The notes beneath the pieces were generated by a model, which was not told the origin of the DNA, did not search any database, and worked only from the letters and a program-made list of their open reading frames with translations. The position numbers and the translations under genes are program-made. This document shows positions 49,701 to 58,073 of a stretch of DNA of 64,000 nucleotides, one piece after another. Every line of letters begins with the position of its first letter. Position 1 is the first letter of the stretch. The stretch is from an uncultured virus (IMG/VR IMGVR_UViG_3300046331_000190) (taxonomy: Duplodnaviria > Heunggongvirae > Uroviricota > Caudoviricetes), in the IMG/VR virus record IMGVR_UViG_3300046331_000190. One strand, written 5' to 3'.

Positions 49701-52276
49701 TGATTAACAGTCATTGACTCACCAAATACCTCTTTGATTTGATTAGCACTAACAAGCTTTGACTCTTTATAGAATAAAGCCATATCAGCACCTAATACTT
49801 GAGTAGTATTAATCTGAGCTCTAAGCACGTTATACTTTAAATCTGCAATAGCAAAGATAGCCTTACTTGAATCTTGTAGCTGTGAAAGCTGATTCATGTA
49901 AACATTATTAAAGAAAGGAAAGTAATAAGATGTCTGTACTCTATTTGTTGCTGGATCAATACTAGTTGGTCCTTTTGATATAATGTTTTTACGCAACAAG
50001 TTAGATAACTCTTTTATAACGTCATCTTTTATTGACTCACCAATAAGATCTTTTAGGTATTGAGCATCTTCTATGGATGGTTCAACCCCTTGATAGATCT
50101 TTGTTCTGATCATATTAAGCTTTGCATCAGAACGATTGTTTAATACTGGGAATAAAAAGAACATCTTACTAGCTGTTTCAAAGTTAGCAATGTTCAGCTT
50201 TTCTTTCTTAGTATAGTTAGCATACGCAATCATACGATCTATCTCAGCTTTTGCTAGATCATATAACTTATTCTTGAATGCGTCTTTAAACTGGAATGAA
50301 TCTCTAACTGTTGGCTTAGTCTTGAAGAAAGCAAAATCAGTTGATGGGTCAAGACTATCTTTTGTTATTTGTATTACCGGAGCGGTTGTCTTATCCGATA
50401 AAGTAAACATATTATAGTAGCCAGTCTTAGCAAAGTTATTCTGATGCTTTAAATATGTATCAAGAATTAACTCTCTTGGTGACTGGTTCTTTTTAACCTT
50501 ACCAATCTCACCTTTCTTATCTTCTTTTATACTATCTGAATACGATATTGCATAAACAAATGATTCGTTATCAGTCTTCTCGTCTTCAAGCAAACGTCTA
50601 ACTACTTCTGAACTTTTACTATAAGCTCTATTGCTTAGTACCTCTAAGAAACTCTTTGTCTTTAGCTTTTTCTTTACTGTTTCTAAGTAAGAAGGTTGTA
50701 CATAAGCATAGATGTTTTTGTTCTCACCATTCTGATAACTACCAGTTTGATAGATATCTGAGTGTAAATCATAGTAAAGACTTGCAAGTATATTAAATAC
50801 ACGCTCGTGAACAATAGGGTTGTTCTTATCTTCGTAGTTTGCTGACTCAGTTGTTGTATCAATATCAGCTGTTAACGTATTAAGAATATTATCAACAACA
50901 TTACCTGTTGCAAGTAAATCAGAGAAGCTCTTTGCTTTAAAGGTTCTGAACTTGTTTGCTTTTAATGCTGCTCCAACATGTTTCATGTAAGCATCATCAA
51001 CAGGAATATTCATTGAAGTAAGTAACTCTTTAAAGAACTCTTGTTTCTTTGTTAAGTTATTACCAGATCTAATCTCTAAGTACTTCTCTTTCAATGACTT
51101 AGCTAACTCAGTGTTTATAACTAAGTTACCAAACTTATTCTTGTTAACAAGCTTTGATACTTTTTGTAACTCTAACCAATCGCTTTTTATTTGTCTGACA
51201 ACGCTATTACGATTAGAGCTAATGACTTTAACAGTTACACCACCTTCTTTACCTTTCTCCCAAAGCAACATAGTATGATCTGTGTATGCTTTGTTTATTA
51301 CAGTAAGTACTTCGTTTAGTAGCTGAACGTTTTTTGACGCTTGTAACTCACCTAACTTTTTATGAACGTTTAGTAGGTATGGCTTAACCTGAGCTTTCTC
51401 TAAAATAGATTCTTGCAAAGACTCATAAGTAACATGTTGCAATCCCGCACCTAATACTAACAGGTCTTCAAATACTTGATCGTAAGCCACGAAATCAGCA
51501 AGACCTAATAGATTAGCCTTGTCACTCTTAATGCTTGAAAATAACAGCTTTACACGAGTCGTAGCAGTATCCTTTGGGTTCATCTGGAATGAACGTGAAT
51601 CAGAAAAGCTTTCGTTTACTGAAGGGTCTTCAACATCAACATCATCTTCACCAAATAACTCACCTGCATCAGCAAGTAAGCTCTCATAATATTCGTTTGT
51701 TAAACCAAAGTCTTGAATCTCGTTTTCAGATGAAACCTTTAGTCCTAAACGATTAAGCTTAATGATAACTTGCTCTGTGAACTTATTGAAGTTCTCATCA
51801 TCAGTAACGTTATCTAGCAACTCTCCAAGATAAGAGAACTCCTTGTAGTTAAGAATACCAAGCTCAGGTATCTTAGAAAGCATATCTTCTGTTGCTGATT
51901 CTTTTAAAGCATTATATGCTTCTTCTGAAGTAGCAATATTCTCAGTAAAATACTTAACCTTTAAAGCAGTGTTCTTTAACTTACTCTTTATATCAGCAAA
52001 TAAAACACGAGATGATTTCTCATACGTACCACCTGGCTTTAACAGACCAAGCTCATCAACGAACTGAGAAAAGATCGCGTTCGTTATTGACTGCTCTTGT
52101 ACAAGATTAAATAAGTTGATGTTAACAAAGCGATCTTCAACAGCTTGTTTTACAAGATCTAATAATTGTTCATCAGACAGACCTTCATTACCTGGTAGAG
52201 TAGCAGCACTCTTTAGAATCTGCTTAACCTCTACTTCTGAAAACTCTGATCCGCTAATGTTATATAAACATGCCAT
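43787..52276 (-). CDS. crAss-like virion-packaged RNA polymerase (2829 aa) with C-terminal zincin-like domain
   Basis: ARIPNQ...GSDFDVDK catalytic region (DFDVDK at 48080-48097); TDAQEF; HELLH (44360-44374)...HEFVS. Confidence 0.85.
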   Translation of the reverse strand: MACLYNISGSEFSEVEVKQILKSAATLPGNEGLSDEQLLDLVKQAVEDRFVNINLFNLVQEQSITNAIFSQFVDELGLLKPGGTYEKSSRVLFADIKSKLKNTALKVKYFTENIATSEEAYNALKESATEDMLSKIPELGILNYKEFSYLGELLDNVTDDENFNKFTEQVIIKLNRLGLKVSSENEIQDFGLTNEYYESLLADAGELFGEDDVDVEDPSVNESFSDSRSFQMNPKDTATTRVKLLFSSIKSDKANLLGLADFVAYDQVFEDLLVLGAGLQHVTYESLQESILEKAQVKPYLLNVHKKLGELQASKNVQLLNEVLTVINKAYTDHTMLLWEKGKEGGVTVKVISSNRNSVVRQIKSDWLELQKVSKLVNKNKFGNLVINTELAKSLKEKYLEIRSGNNLTKKQEFFKELLTSMNIPVDDAYMKHVGAALKANKFRTFKAKSFSDLLATGNVVDNILNTLTADIDTTTESANYEDKNNPIVHERVFNILASLYYDLHSDIYQTGSYQNGENKNIYAYVQPSYLETVKKKLKTKSFLEVLSNRAYSKSSEVVRRLLEDEKTDNESFVYAISYSDSIKEDKKGEIGKVKKNQSPRELILDTYLKHQNNFAKTGYYNMFTLSDKTTAPVIQITKDSLDPSTDFAFFKTKPTVRDSFQFKDAFKNKLYDLAKAEIDRMIAYANYTKKEKLNIANFETASKMFFLFPVLNNRSDAKLNMIRTKIYQGVEPSIEDAQYLKDLIGESIKDDVIKELSNLLRKNIISKGPTSIDPATNRVQTSYYFPFFNNVYMNQLSQLQDSSKAIFAIADLKYNVLRAQINTTQVLGADMALFYKESKLVSANQIKEVFGESMTVNQLLSYNVSTEMTPEEQSKRNIINDVLNGTVLSTVDEFSKRAAMFIAPGSQGTTTWQSTKGKIVDVSLYKMITLKDVIKSNDQFSKIETTDAQEFVTLQEHINRMMSEGRIPLDIYESISDKIAQARKKKTFDYSLSDIELGFVLQPTKPVHSSNSETDGFNEINYVKSSAYPLIPDNTRDSEMDKLRVFMEKNNVGSAAFKTATKTGAPISTLEVFDDNGNFIEPSEAELSSNVQTLSREGLRTQQEIPHQKEMINVVSQMDRQLFEGLDSVLDFMFAGKKLTAAQLKGLKEQIRIALFEGNAEELLDRMGVSITDEYVSFKSERSLANLLKEEAISRNLSINDIRSIATNKDGKLVIPVYLLSNSSKFEGLLTSIFSKVVKLKLTGTSLVQVSAVGTKIKEGELSDKLKSEIVYTEVYDASKGLQYIRKEADAVSKGGKVKKGEVQAAQVFMSQFLKDENGKLINIKDFATKDENGRLILDSTRIPRKLLQLIGARIPNQLHSSMLPIEVAGFLPSYMENTIIVPDGITAQMGSDFDVDKLYAYLSNPKYTYKNSASKLIDELTKEKEAIKDKYKEQLEKADIDLAKLLNSEQQFEIAKLNESIEKYRTRLGYKNLGEKEREQKQRILDGLYEKRSSIYDEVANGVERKKLNQTKYKIKSQRAAELTAINDKIKAQKSQIESVEPVAYESSISDFKNFDPKSLSEEQLFEMYKDIHWSVLTHPTTFDKITSSIDLSDYNDEKELFYKEGIATLPVNFLPFDYNTQINTFLDNRSGKLGTGIFAQLLSFLAEHQDKKTVGFSAGINIKKDSGEIVNLSYLTAEGNTTFKSDATGKTLTRSKTQNASATLNESLDNAKNKNLNVFNLNSASMAPAKLLMSLSSNSGEIADLRYVTRFFPQFIVKYLNEQEEISKDSFAGGQKKYTSEIIADVKMQFINLLSANARELATEDNIGAMPVLNPKELLDLLKEEVVLRPKLNQLMLAYSPADINFKPEDRKVLDEFIMKQLSILTYYETLHAYGTPQSTLLNNSNVISQGVGSNLFTLLSKYRKFQSIAKAADTQYGEGLPVVIKPLKGDPVVVDRLLNIDAIFGKFETDPISESVDFTPTTQTGHAVKNSIFLAYKVLSKVSPIHFDTVFQNLLEEIVTQKNKGKGGIDNYGRIKFNALAEDVLSNLKAYIYSSPEAGFITGDMEEERYRLLVGTEQNPSLAERILALNIKYPELRNNYFFARLKPVIPIGKTRLSIKSVEYKSPFSQDIDELANNKGFLDLMLNEDPEIASIGKDLIKYAFVSGSVADKASFFRYIPIEVRLLNKQHTDFIGKFYDTFRQNVDNFYEQYIMNNPDMASYIDKDAYKALTNTNTVAKDSRGESIYTLPKNMTHLLINSSFQSLEGYKNTVPTFPKFLRYYVNSQIVLFKRIGENSYKRIQTLGNNSAYEYQLGVNPATMRSVDFSNLLPSQKLEKIITSDTNPFIGFAGNTSLVVDEIELSNYATTAVSFPYDTNNPSNKHNILSSRYKGNINTGEYTDRDVVLVSGERFIEVLSPDAKLNHITRNEAIDKLSPMFEDLYVPKLESIIKAKASVVLYSKAEGINTLVKNYLEAKGYKASEIGQFNNIKLEYGEAIPTQEPADLFAEDTFMPQMDDDVVVASMDLFSFADMPSDPEIFLSGEDTNASNGSPIASDTSVIEDYIPDAEGVNTLASVLTKVRANTSNEFYKVLIDSLKFTGDVNKISVVLSKTIADPAIYNTVTNQIVINPDIVLQSNSAKSRSENLEDAIVHELLHGYTAQSLFKLSGKASAYKIKEERMYAASIKQLYLLTRESLLSNPEHAEKLKAVIAKVSNSVFEDSDANTLTEEEKSMYYGLTSEHEFVSMLMTDKKFQEFMNGVSVDSSKKTVTSKFADILKRLLQALTKALGMDVKTDSVLDQGIKNITNLLSVVDTKTEDSTDTTGQTTLFSAATDNLSDYSLNNQCK

Positions 52277-52277
52277 A

Positions 52278-55200
52278 TTAGTTACACTTCTTGTTAAGTT
52301 TATTCTCGTTCTCTAGTTTCTTAGTAGTAGTTGCTATTGACTTCAACTCATCATCGTTGCCTTTGATTAGATCTTTGTTAACTGTTTGATTAGCACCAAA
52401 CTGTTGTCCAAAGTCCATATCCATGAACTTAGCCAATGCTTCTTCTTGAGATAAAGGTGCTTGTGATTTAGATGTATCCGTTACATTAATATACGCAGAA
52501 TCAACCACTTTACCTTCTAATGCTACTAGTTCTGCATCATATTTAGCATCAATTACACTATTTACATCTATCTCTATAAAATTAGAAGTAACTCCGCTTA
52601 CATTGTTTAGATTAAGTTGATCATTACCCGCTCCTAACTGAACGACTTTTGCAGACACTCTTAATTCTGTTCCTAAATAGTCTAGAACTAACTCGTTATT
52701 ATTATAAGATATTGGCATATTAACCCAACCTAAAACATCTGTTAGATATTCTCTAAACTTTATTAAAACTTCTTTAGGTGACTTTTGTGGTAAGATATAA
52801 TTACTTTCAGGAATATCTTTGTTTTGCTGCTTATCTTTTTTTCTTTCGTTCTCTATTAAAACTCTAGGATCTATTGTTGGTTCAACAGGAGCAGGAGCTT
52901 TTGGTGCAACTTCAGGTTTAGTACCTGATGATGGAGTCTCTGAATCTATATTACCAAATACAACAACAGGGTTAGAGAAGTGTACTAACTCATCAGCATC
53001 TATGTTAGCTTCATCGTAAGGACGTCCTTCTTCTAATGTAGTCTCAAGTGTTTGTAGCATATATTCATTATACGTCATAGGCTGTGATTGCTCTAAAGCA
53101 CCTGTATCAGGGTTGATAGTAAGATCAGTCATTAACTTATCATTACCAATACCTGCTGATTGCTCAGTACCAAAGCGTATACTGTATCTTAAGTTTGCTG
53201 CAATATCGTAAAACTTATTGATTTTTTCTTCTGATATCTCATCTAAGTTTCCGATAATAAGACTGTCCTTTTTCTTATCACCTGTGTTTACTTGCCATAT
53301 TGATAAGTATCCTTTTGGTGTAATATTAAAGTGAACTTTACCTTGACTTATTGGATTGTATGCTTTTGAACTAGTATGAGTAATGTAATCATTAACATAC
53401 TTGCTTAAACGTGCAAAGTCAGCAGTCTCTCCGTCAATAAACTCAATACCATAAGCTTTGTACACAGCTTGAATAATAGCAAGATCACTATCTTTACTAT
53501 TCTTTCCTGCTGCTACATCAACGTTATAGTTATGAAACGCTCTCCATGAACCAAGAATAAAATCAATGTGTCCGTCTTTTAATACAGGAACCGTAACAAG
53601 AGAAGCAAGACGCTTACCTGTTGGAGTTGGTATTATAGCAACTGGCCATCCATTTGCTTTACCGTCAGTAATAATGTTTGGTACATAAAGATTACTCTCA
53701 GAGTACTTATCAGTAACGTGTACTTTACCTTGCTTAATAATAGCAACTTGAGTATTTTTGCTTAAAGCTTGCTTCAATGGTTTCTTTGAACCGTCAGTTC
53801 TTAGTACACCAACTGACTTTGCTATTACAGTACTTGTAAATACAGTCGCTTTATCTTTATTAAAGCCGTTGAACAATGCTTTTCTATGATCAAGAATAGC
53901 TTGACGTTGAATAGCAAGGTTATCAATAACTGTACCATCAGGTGTAACAATACGTTCTTTTGTGTGAGCTAATACTCCTGAGTCAGAATATCTAGCTGTA
54001 ACAAACTTAACTGTTGGCAAGTATCCAAGCTTTATCTTTTTACCATTATTCATAGTATAGATAGCAACTGGGAAGTCATTAATAGCTTCTTCTTTTATCT
54101 TACCGTCAGCATTAAAGAAGTCTTCTTTCTTACGCTTTGTGATACCAGTTTGCTGAACATAATCATAATCATCAAAGTCAGCAATGTTAGAATCAATCTC
54201 AAACATTAAAGGAGTACCTTCTTGTATACGAGATGTTCCTAAGATTAATGGATAAGACTCATTACCATCAGTACGCTTTAGTCTACGAACACCTTTCTTA
54301 TCTGTATACACTACAAAGTTGTCAGATGCATTATTGATCTTTGATCCAGAGTTGATTGGTGTTCTTGAATCTTCCTCAACAGATGTATCAGGATTTGTAC
54401 CATCAACATAATCAATATCAACATTATCTGTAGTATACTCAAGAGCATCTAAATCAACATCTTCTTCTTGAGCTTCTTTTGCTTTCTGTACTTCTTTCTT
54501 TTGAGCTTCAGTAACCGTAGCTACTGGAGTGACCATTGTCTTTGCTTTTGGATTAGAAGATACAGTAATAGCATTGTTTGTAAGAAAATCAGCTAACTGC
54601 TTATCTGTAAGCTCATACTCTGATTCATTACCATGTTGTACCCAAACTCTATCTTTACCAACAGAAACAATCTTAACTACTACCTCTGAACCATCAGTTG
54701 GTACTATATAATTACCAAGAACAAACTTAACTCCGCTTACTTCAAGACTATTGTTAGGATTAGCTTCATACTCTTCTTGCTCAGGATCAGGTTGTTCTTC
54801 ATCAACAACTACTGGAGTCTCCGTTGGAGCTTCAGCAACTACTGGAGGTTGTTCAACTTGAACAGCTTCTTCTGGAGTTACTGGTACTGGTTGATCTTCA
54901 GACGATACTTCTGGTGTTGGTTCAACCTCTATAGGCTCTGCTACTTCAGTTGGAACATTATTAGATGACTTAGCACCTGTATAAGTAAACTCAACACTAG
55001 TGTAGTTGTCTCTTGAAGGGTGAGCAATGTTAAACGTTATATCCTTATTACTAACACCATAGTTTAAAAGAATCTCTCTACCTTTTGTACTAAACCCAAT
55101 AAAAGCAGCAGGATTCATAACCCCCATGCCTTCTTCAGATATCTCTAGTTGGGACTTAATTACTTGGAAATAACCTTCTTTTAGATCTGCAAGAAGAGTT

Positions 55201-58070
55201 TCAACATTTATAGTTCCACCTTCTGGTGCATTTGCTGCATCTTCAACATCTTCTGTTAAGTCAGACGTATCAGGATCAGTAATGTTTTCTCCATCTTCTG
55301 GTGCTACTGCTCCAGTTAATGAGTCTGTAAATGATTTAGTAGCCTCATCCTTTGCTTCTTTTGCTAACTGCCCTTGTACTACTTTTTTTGCAGCCTTCAT
55401 ACGATTAGCCAAAGTAACAATACTTGTTGGATCTGCTAGGAAGTTATAAGCATTAAGATGTTCTTCAGAGTCATTATTTAACTGGATGTACTCTAATAGA
55501 TCTTCGTAAGTCTCATCAATATCTGTATTAGATAAAAGAGCAGTATTTAAACCAGCTTCTTCAGTCTTGTAGTTAATAAACCTCTTATAAGCATCTTTTG
55601 CATAACGCTGCTCACGCTTTGACATGTTAGTCTCATCGCGATTAGATAGATTCTGCCACGAGTCAAACCACTTTGAAATAGCTTGTAGCTGACGTTCTTT
55701 ATACTTAAGTGTTTGTGCTTCTTCAGGAGTACGTTTCTTTACTTGCTTAAGGTTATCTATCTCTTTTATAAGAAGATCCATCTCACCAAGCATCTTAGGT
55801 TGAGAACCTAATACTTTATATGCAGCAGAAGCAGCTCCTCCAAGATTAGGATTAGCAGCAGCTCTTGTGTATAAAGCATTTGCTCTTTCAATAGCAGACT
55901 TTGCTTTGAATGAGTTTGTTGCAAGCATCTCAATATAATCATCAAGAACACTCTTTAACATCTGAGCATCTTTCTGACCTTGACTACCTTCAGAGTATAA
56001 ATCTGGTTGGATTAAATCACCATACTTTTCGTTTAACGTTTCCCATGTTTTGTTAAACGTTTCAACATCATTAGCAATCTTGTTAAAGTATTCTTTAACA
56101 GACTTAGCACTATCAACCGTTGGATCTAAGCCGTATGCTTCTTTTGCATCCTCAACACTAAACGATTCTCCTTGACCTCTAATAGTATCAATCAAAGAAG
56201 AAACCATCCCTGCTTTCTTTGCAGCTGAAACAGCTTTTGCAAATGCAGTATCTCTTGAGTTATAGTAAGTATACTTATCTTTATTACCAACAGCTTCCTG
56301 CATTGTAGCAGCAACTTTATTCTGAACCTTAAAGTTTGCTATCTCATCTTTTAATACAGCATAAGGATTCTTGTAGAACTCGTTTATCGCAGCAACAGTA
56401 GCCGTCTTGTCTTTCTTTATCTCTTCTCGTTGCTTATCAGTGGTCATCATACGTTCTTGTACTTTGCCCATTGTAAAGTTGATTGGAGATAATAATCGAC
56501 CAGTAACAGCACCCATCAAGAATGTCTTCATTCCTTGAGTATCTGCTAATGGATTCTGAACACTACTCATGATAGCATCAGTCTTACCAGAGTATCCTTT
56601 CTTACCATGATATAAGTCATAGTAATAATCCTGAAGACCTTTGTTAGAACCTTCTTGGAATAACTCTTGTAAACCTTCTGATGTCTCCCACTTGAATAAG
56701 TTCTTTCCAAGAAACTTACTTACTTGCCATGCTGCTTCTTTTTTACCAAAGTCAGTAGCAATCTCTTTTGCTGCACCAAGAGCTCCTAATGAACCAACTT
56801 GATATACTTTAGTCAGTTCTTTATCAGCAACCTTACCTGATACCTTTAATACGTCATCAGCATATTGTCCAACGTTCTTGAATAATCTACGCTCAGCATT
56901 AAAATGACCAAGCATGTTATCAAACTGGAATCTATTAAGAGCAAATAGCATACCAAAGTTAACGTTGAAGTTGTCTGAGGATGCATCTTTTGATACTCTG
57001 TCAATACGTTCTAAGTCTTCACCAACTGGTAGCTCACCTGTTCTTTCAAGATGCTGTTCTGTTAAACGATCTTTAAGTTCTTTGTATGTACCAGCTGCTT
57101 CAAAAATGGCTTCTGAACGAGCCATGTTAGCTTCACTTAACGTTCTTCTAAATCCACCAAAGGTTAACGCTGCAATCTGAGCAGCACCTGCACCATTCTT
57201 ACCAGCAACAACTGCTTTCTCAATAGCGTTTGTAGTAGATCCAATAGGATTAAACTTCTGGAAACCTTTCCATATAGTCTTTGCTAATCCTTCTTGTTTG
57301 TAGATATCTCCAAGTGATTTGTTTAATCTTGCAAACTCCTCAACGTCTTGAAGCTTATCAACTCCTTTCATGAATCGCATTCCAAGCTTTGTAGCTGAAA
57401 ATAAACTAGATGCACCAAAGGTTAATAACTCTTCTGATAAAGCTTGAGCAATAGCACCAACTGCAAAACCTGAGTTTTGAACAAGATCTCCAAAGAACTG
57501 CTTGTTAAATACAGACTTCTCTGAATCAGCACTTCTAAAAATAGCGTACTTATTCATTACATCTTCTTGTATCTTTGCCATCTGATACATCTCTGTTTCA
57601 TCTGGTTGTAGCTTTGATGCATCAAAAGAAGTCATTGCATCAGCAAGTCTTCCCCAACCCTTCCATCCCTCAAGGAATGTATTAGAAGCTAGACGACCTG
57701 CGCCTGCAAAAGCATTACCCATTGTATCACCCCAAGTTTGTCTTGACGCATACAACTCTTCATTATTTCTTCTAGGATCAAAACCGAGCTCAGCAGAGTA
57801 CGATGAGTTAGTATATCTATCTAACTGTGTCTGCTCAGGGTTAAAGTTTATTGGCTGCATTTGAGTGGACAAAGAAGGTCCACCTGCCAATGCTCCTGAT
57901 AAAAAAGAAGCGGTAGGATCAGCAGTAGATGAGCTAACTAGTTGTTGTGCTTGTTCTTGACCACGTTGCTCAAAAGGATCGATAAAATCTAATAGCTTTG
58001 GCTCTAAGTCTGGTGTTTTAATATCAGGACCTCCAAGGCTATTATTGAGCGAGTTTAATATAGACTCCAT
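52278..58070 (-). CDS. Giant virion cargo/ejection protein (1930 aa)
   Basis: Gly/Ala amphipathic N-terminal region; EGLQELFQEG motif; Pro/Glu linker; single Cys penultimate. Confidence 0.7.
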   Translation of the reverse strand: MESILNSLNNSLGGPDIKTPDLEPKLLDFIDPFEQRGQEQAQQLVSSSTADPTASFLSGALAGGPSLSTQMQPINFNPEQTQLDRYTNSSYSAELGFDPRRNNEELYASRQTWGDTMGNAFAGAGRLASNTFLEGWKGWGRLADAMTSFDASKLQPDETEMYQMAKIQEDVMNKYAIFRSADSEKSVFNKQFFGDLVQNSGFAVGAIAQALSEELLTFGASSLFSATKLGMRFMKGVDKLQDVEEFARLNKSLGDIYKQEGLAKTIWKGFQKFNPIGSTTNAIEKAVVAGKNGAGAAQIAALTFGGFRRTLSEANMARSEAIFEAAGTYKELKDRLTEQHLERTGELPVGEDLERIDRVSKDASSDNFNVNFGMLFALNRFQFDNMLGHFNAERRLFKNVGQYADDVLKVSGKVADKELTKVYQVGSLGALGAAKEIATDFGKKEAAWQVSKFLGKNLFKWETSEGLQELFQEGSNKGLQDYYYDLYHGKKGYSGKTDAIMSSVQNPLADTQGMKTFLMGAVTGRLLSPINFTMGKVQERMMTTDKQREEIKKDKTATVAAINEFYKNPYAVLKDEIANFKVQNKVAATMQEAVGNKDKYTYYNSRDTAFAKAVSAAKKAGMVSSLIDTIRGQGESFSVEDAKEAYGLDPTVDSAKSVKEYFNKIANDVETFNKTWETLNEKYGDLIQPDLYSEGSQGQKDAQMLKSVLDDYIEMLATNSFKAKSAIERANALYTRAAANPNLGGAASAAYKVLGSQPKMLGEMDLLIKEIDNLKQVKKRTPEEAQTLKYKERQLQAISKWFDSWQNLSNRDETNMSKREQRYAKDAYKRFINYKTEEAGLNTALLSNTDIDETYEDLLEYIQLNNDSEEHLNAYNFLADPTSIVTLANRMKAAKKVVQGQLAKEAKDEATKSFTDSLTGAVAPEDGENITDPDTSDLTEDVEDAANAPEGGTINVETLLADLKEGYFQVIKSQLEISEEGMGVMNPAAFIGFSTKGREILLNYGVSNKDITFNIAHPSRDNYTSVEFTYTGAKSSNNVPTEVAEPIEVEPTPEVSSEDQPVPVTPEEAVQVEQPPVVAEAPTETPVVVDEEQPDPEQEEYEANPNNSLEVSGVKFVLGNYIVPTDGSEVVVKIVSVGKDRVWVQHGNESEYELTDKQLADFLTNNAITVSSNPKAKTMVTPVATVTEAQKKEVQKAKEAQEEDVDLDALEYTTDNVDIDYVDGTNPDTSVEEDSRTPINSGSKINNASDNFVVYTDKKGVRRLKRTDGNESYPLILGTSRIQEGTPLMFEIDSNIADFDDYDYVQQTGITKRKKEDFFNADGKIKEEAINDFPVAIYTMNNGKKIKLGYLPTVKFVTARYSDSGVLAHTKERIVTPDGTVIDNLAIQRQAILDHRKALFNGFNKDKATVFTSTVIAKSVGVLRTDGSKKPLKQALSKNTQVAIIKQGKVHVTDKYSESNLYVPNIITDGKANGWPVAIIPTPTGKRLASLVTVPVLKDGHIDFILGSWRAFHNYNVDVAAGKNSKDSDLAIIQAVYKAYGIEFIDGETADFARLSKYVNDYITHTSSKAYNPISQGKVHFNITPKGYLSIWQVNTGDKKKDSLIIGNLDEISEEKINKFYDIAANLRYSIRFGTEQSAGIGNDKLMTDLTINPDTGALEQSQPMTYNEYMLQTLETTLEEGRPYDEANIDADELVHFSNPVVVFGNIDSETPSSGTKPEVAPKAPAPVEPTIDPRVLIENERKKDKQQNKDIPESNYILPQKSPKEVLIKFREYLTDVLGWVNMPISYNNNELVLDYLGTELRVSAKVVQLGAGNDQLNLNNVSGVTSNFIEIDVNSVIDAKYDAELVALEGKVVDSAYINVTDTSKSQAPLSQEEALAKFMDMDFGQQFGANQTVNKDLIKGNDDELKSIATTTKKLENENKLNKKCN

Positions 58071-58073
58071 CTA

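Noticed and set aside
39963..58070. Giant genes as one readthrough polyprotein or a broken pseudogene
   Set aside because: Junctions are out of frame (1- and 2-nt gaps after TAA) and each downstream gene has its own ATG with a matching MAC start
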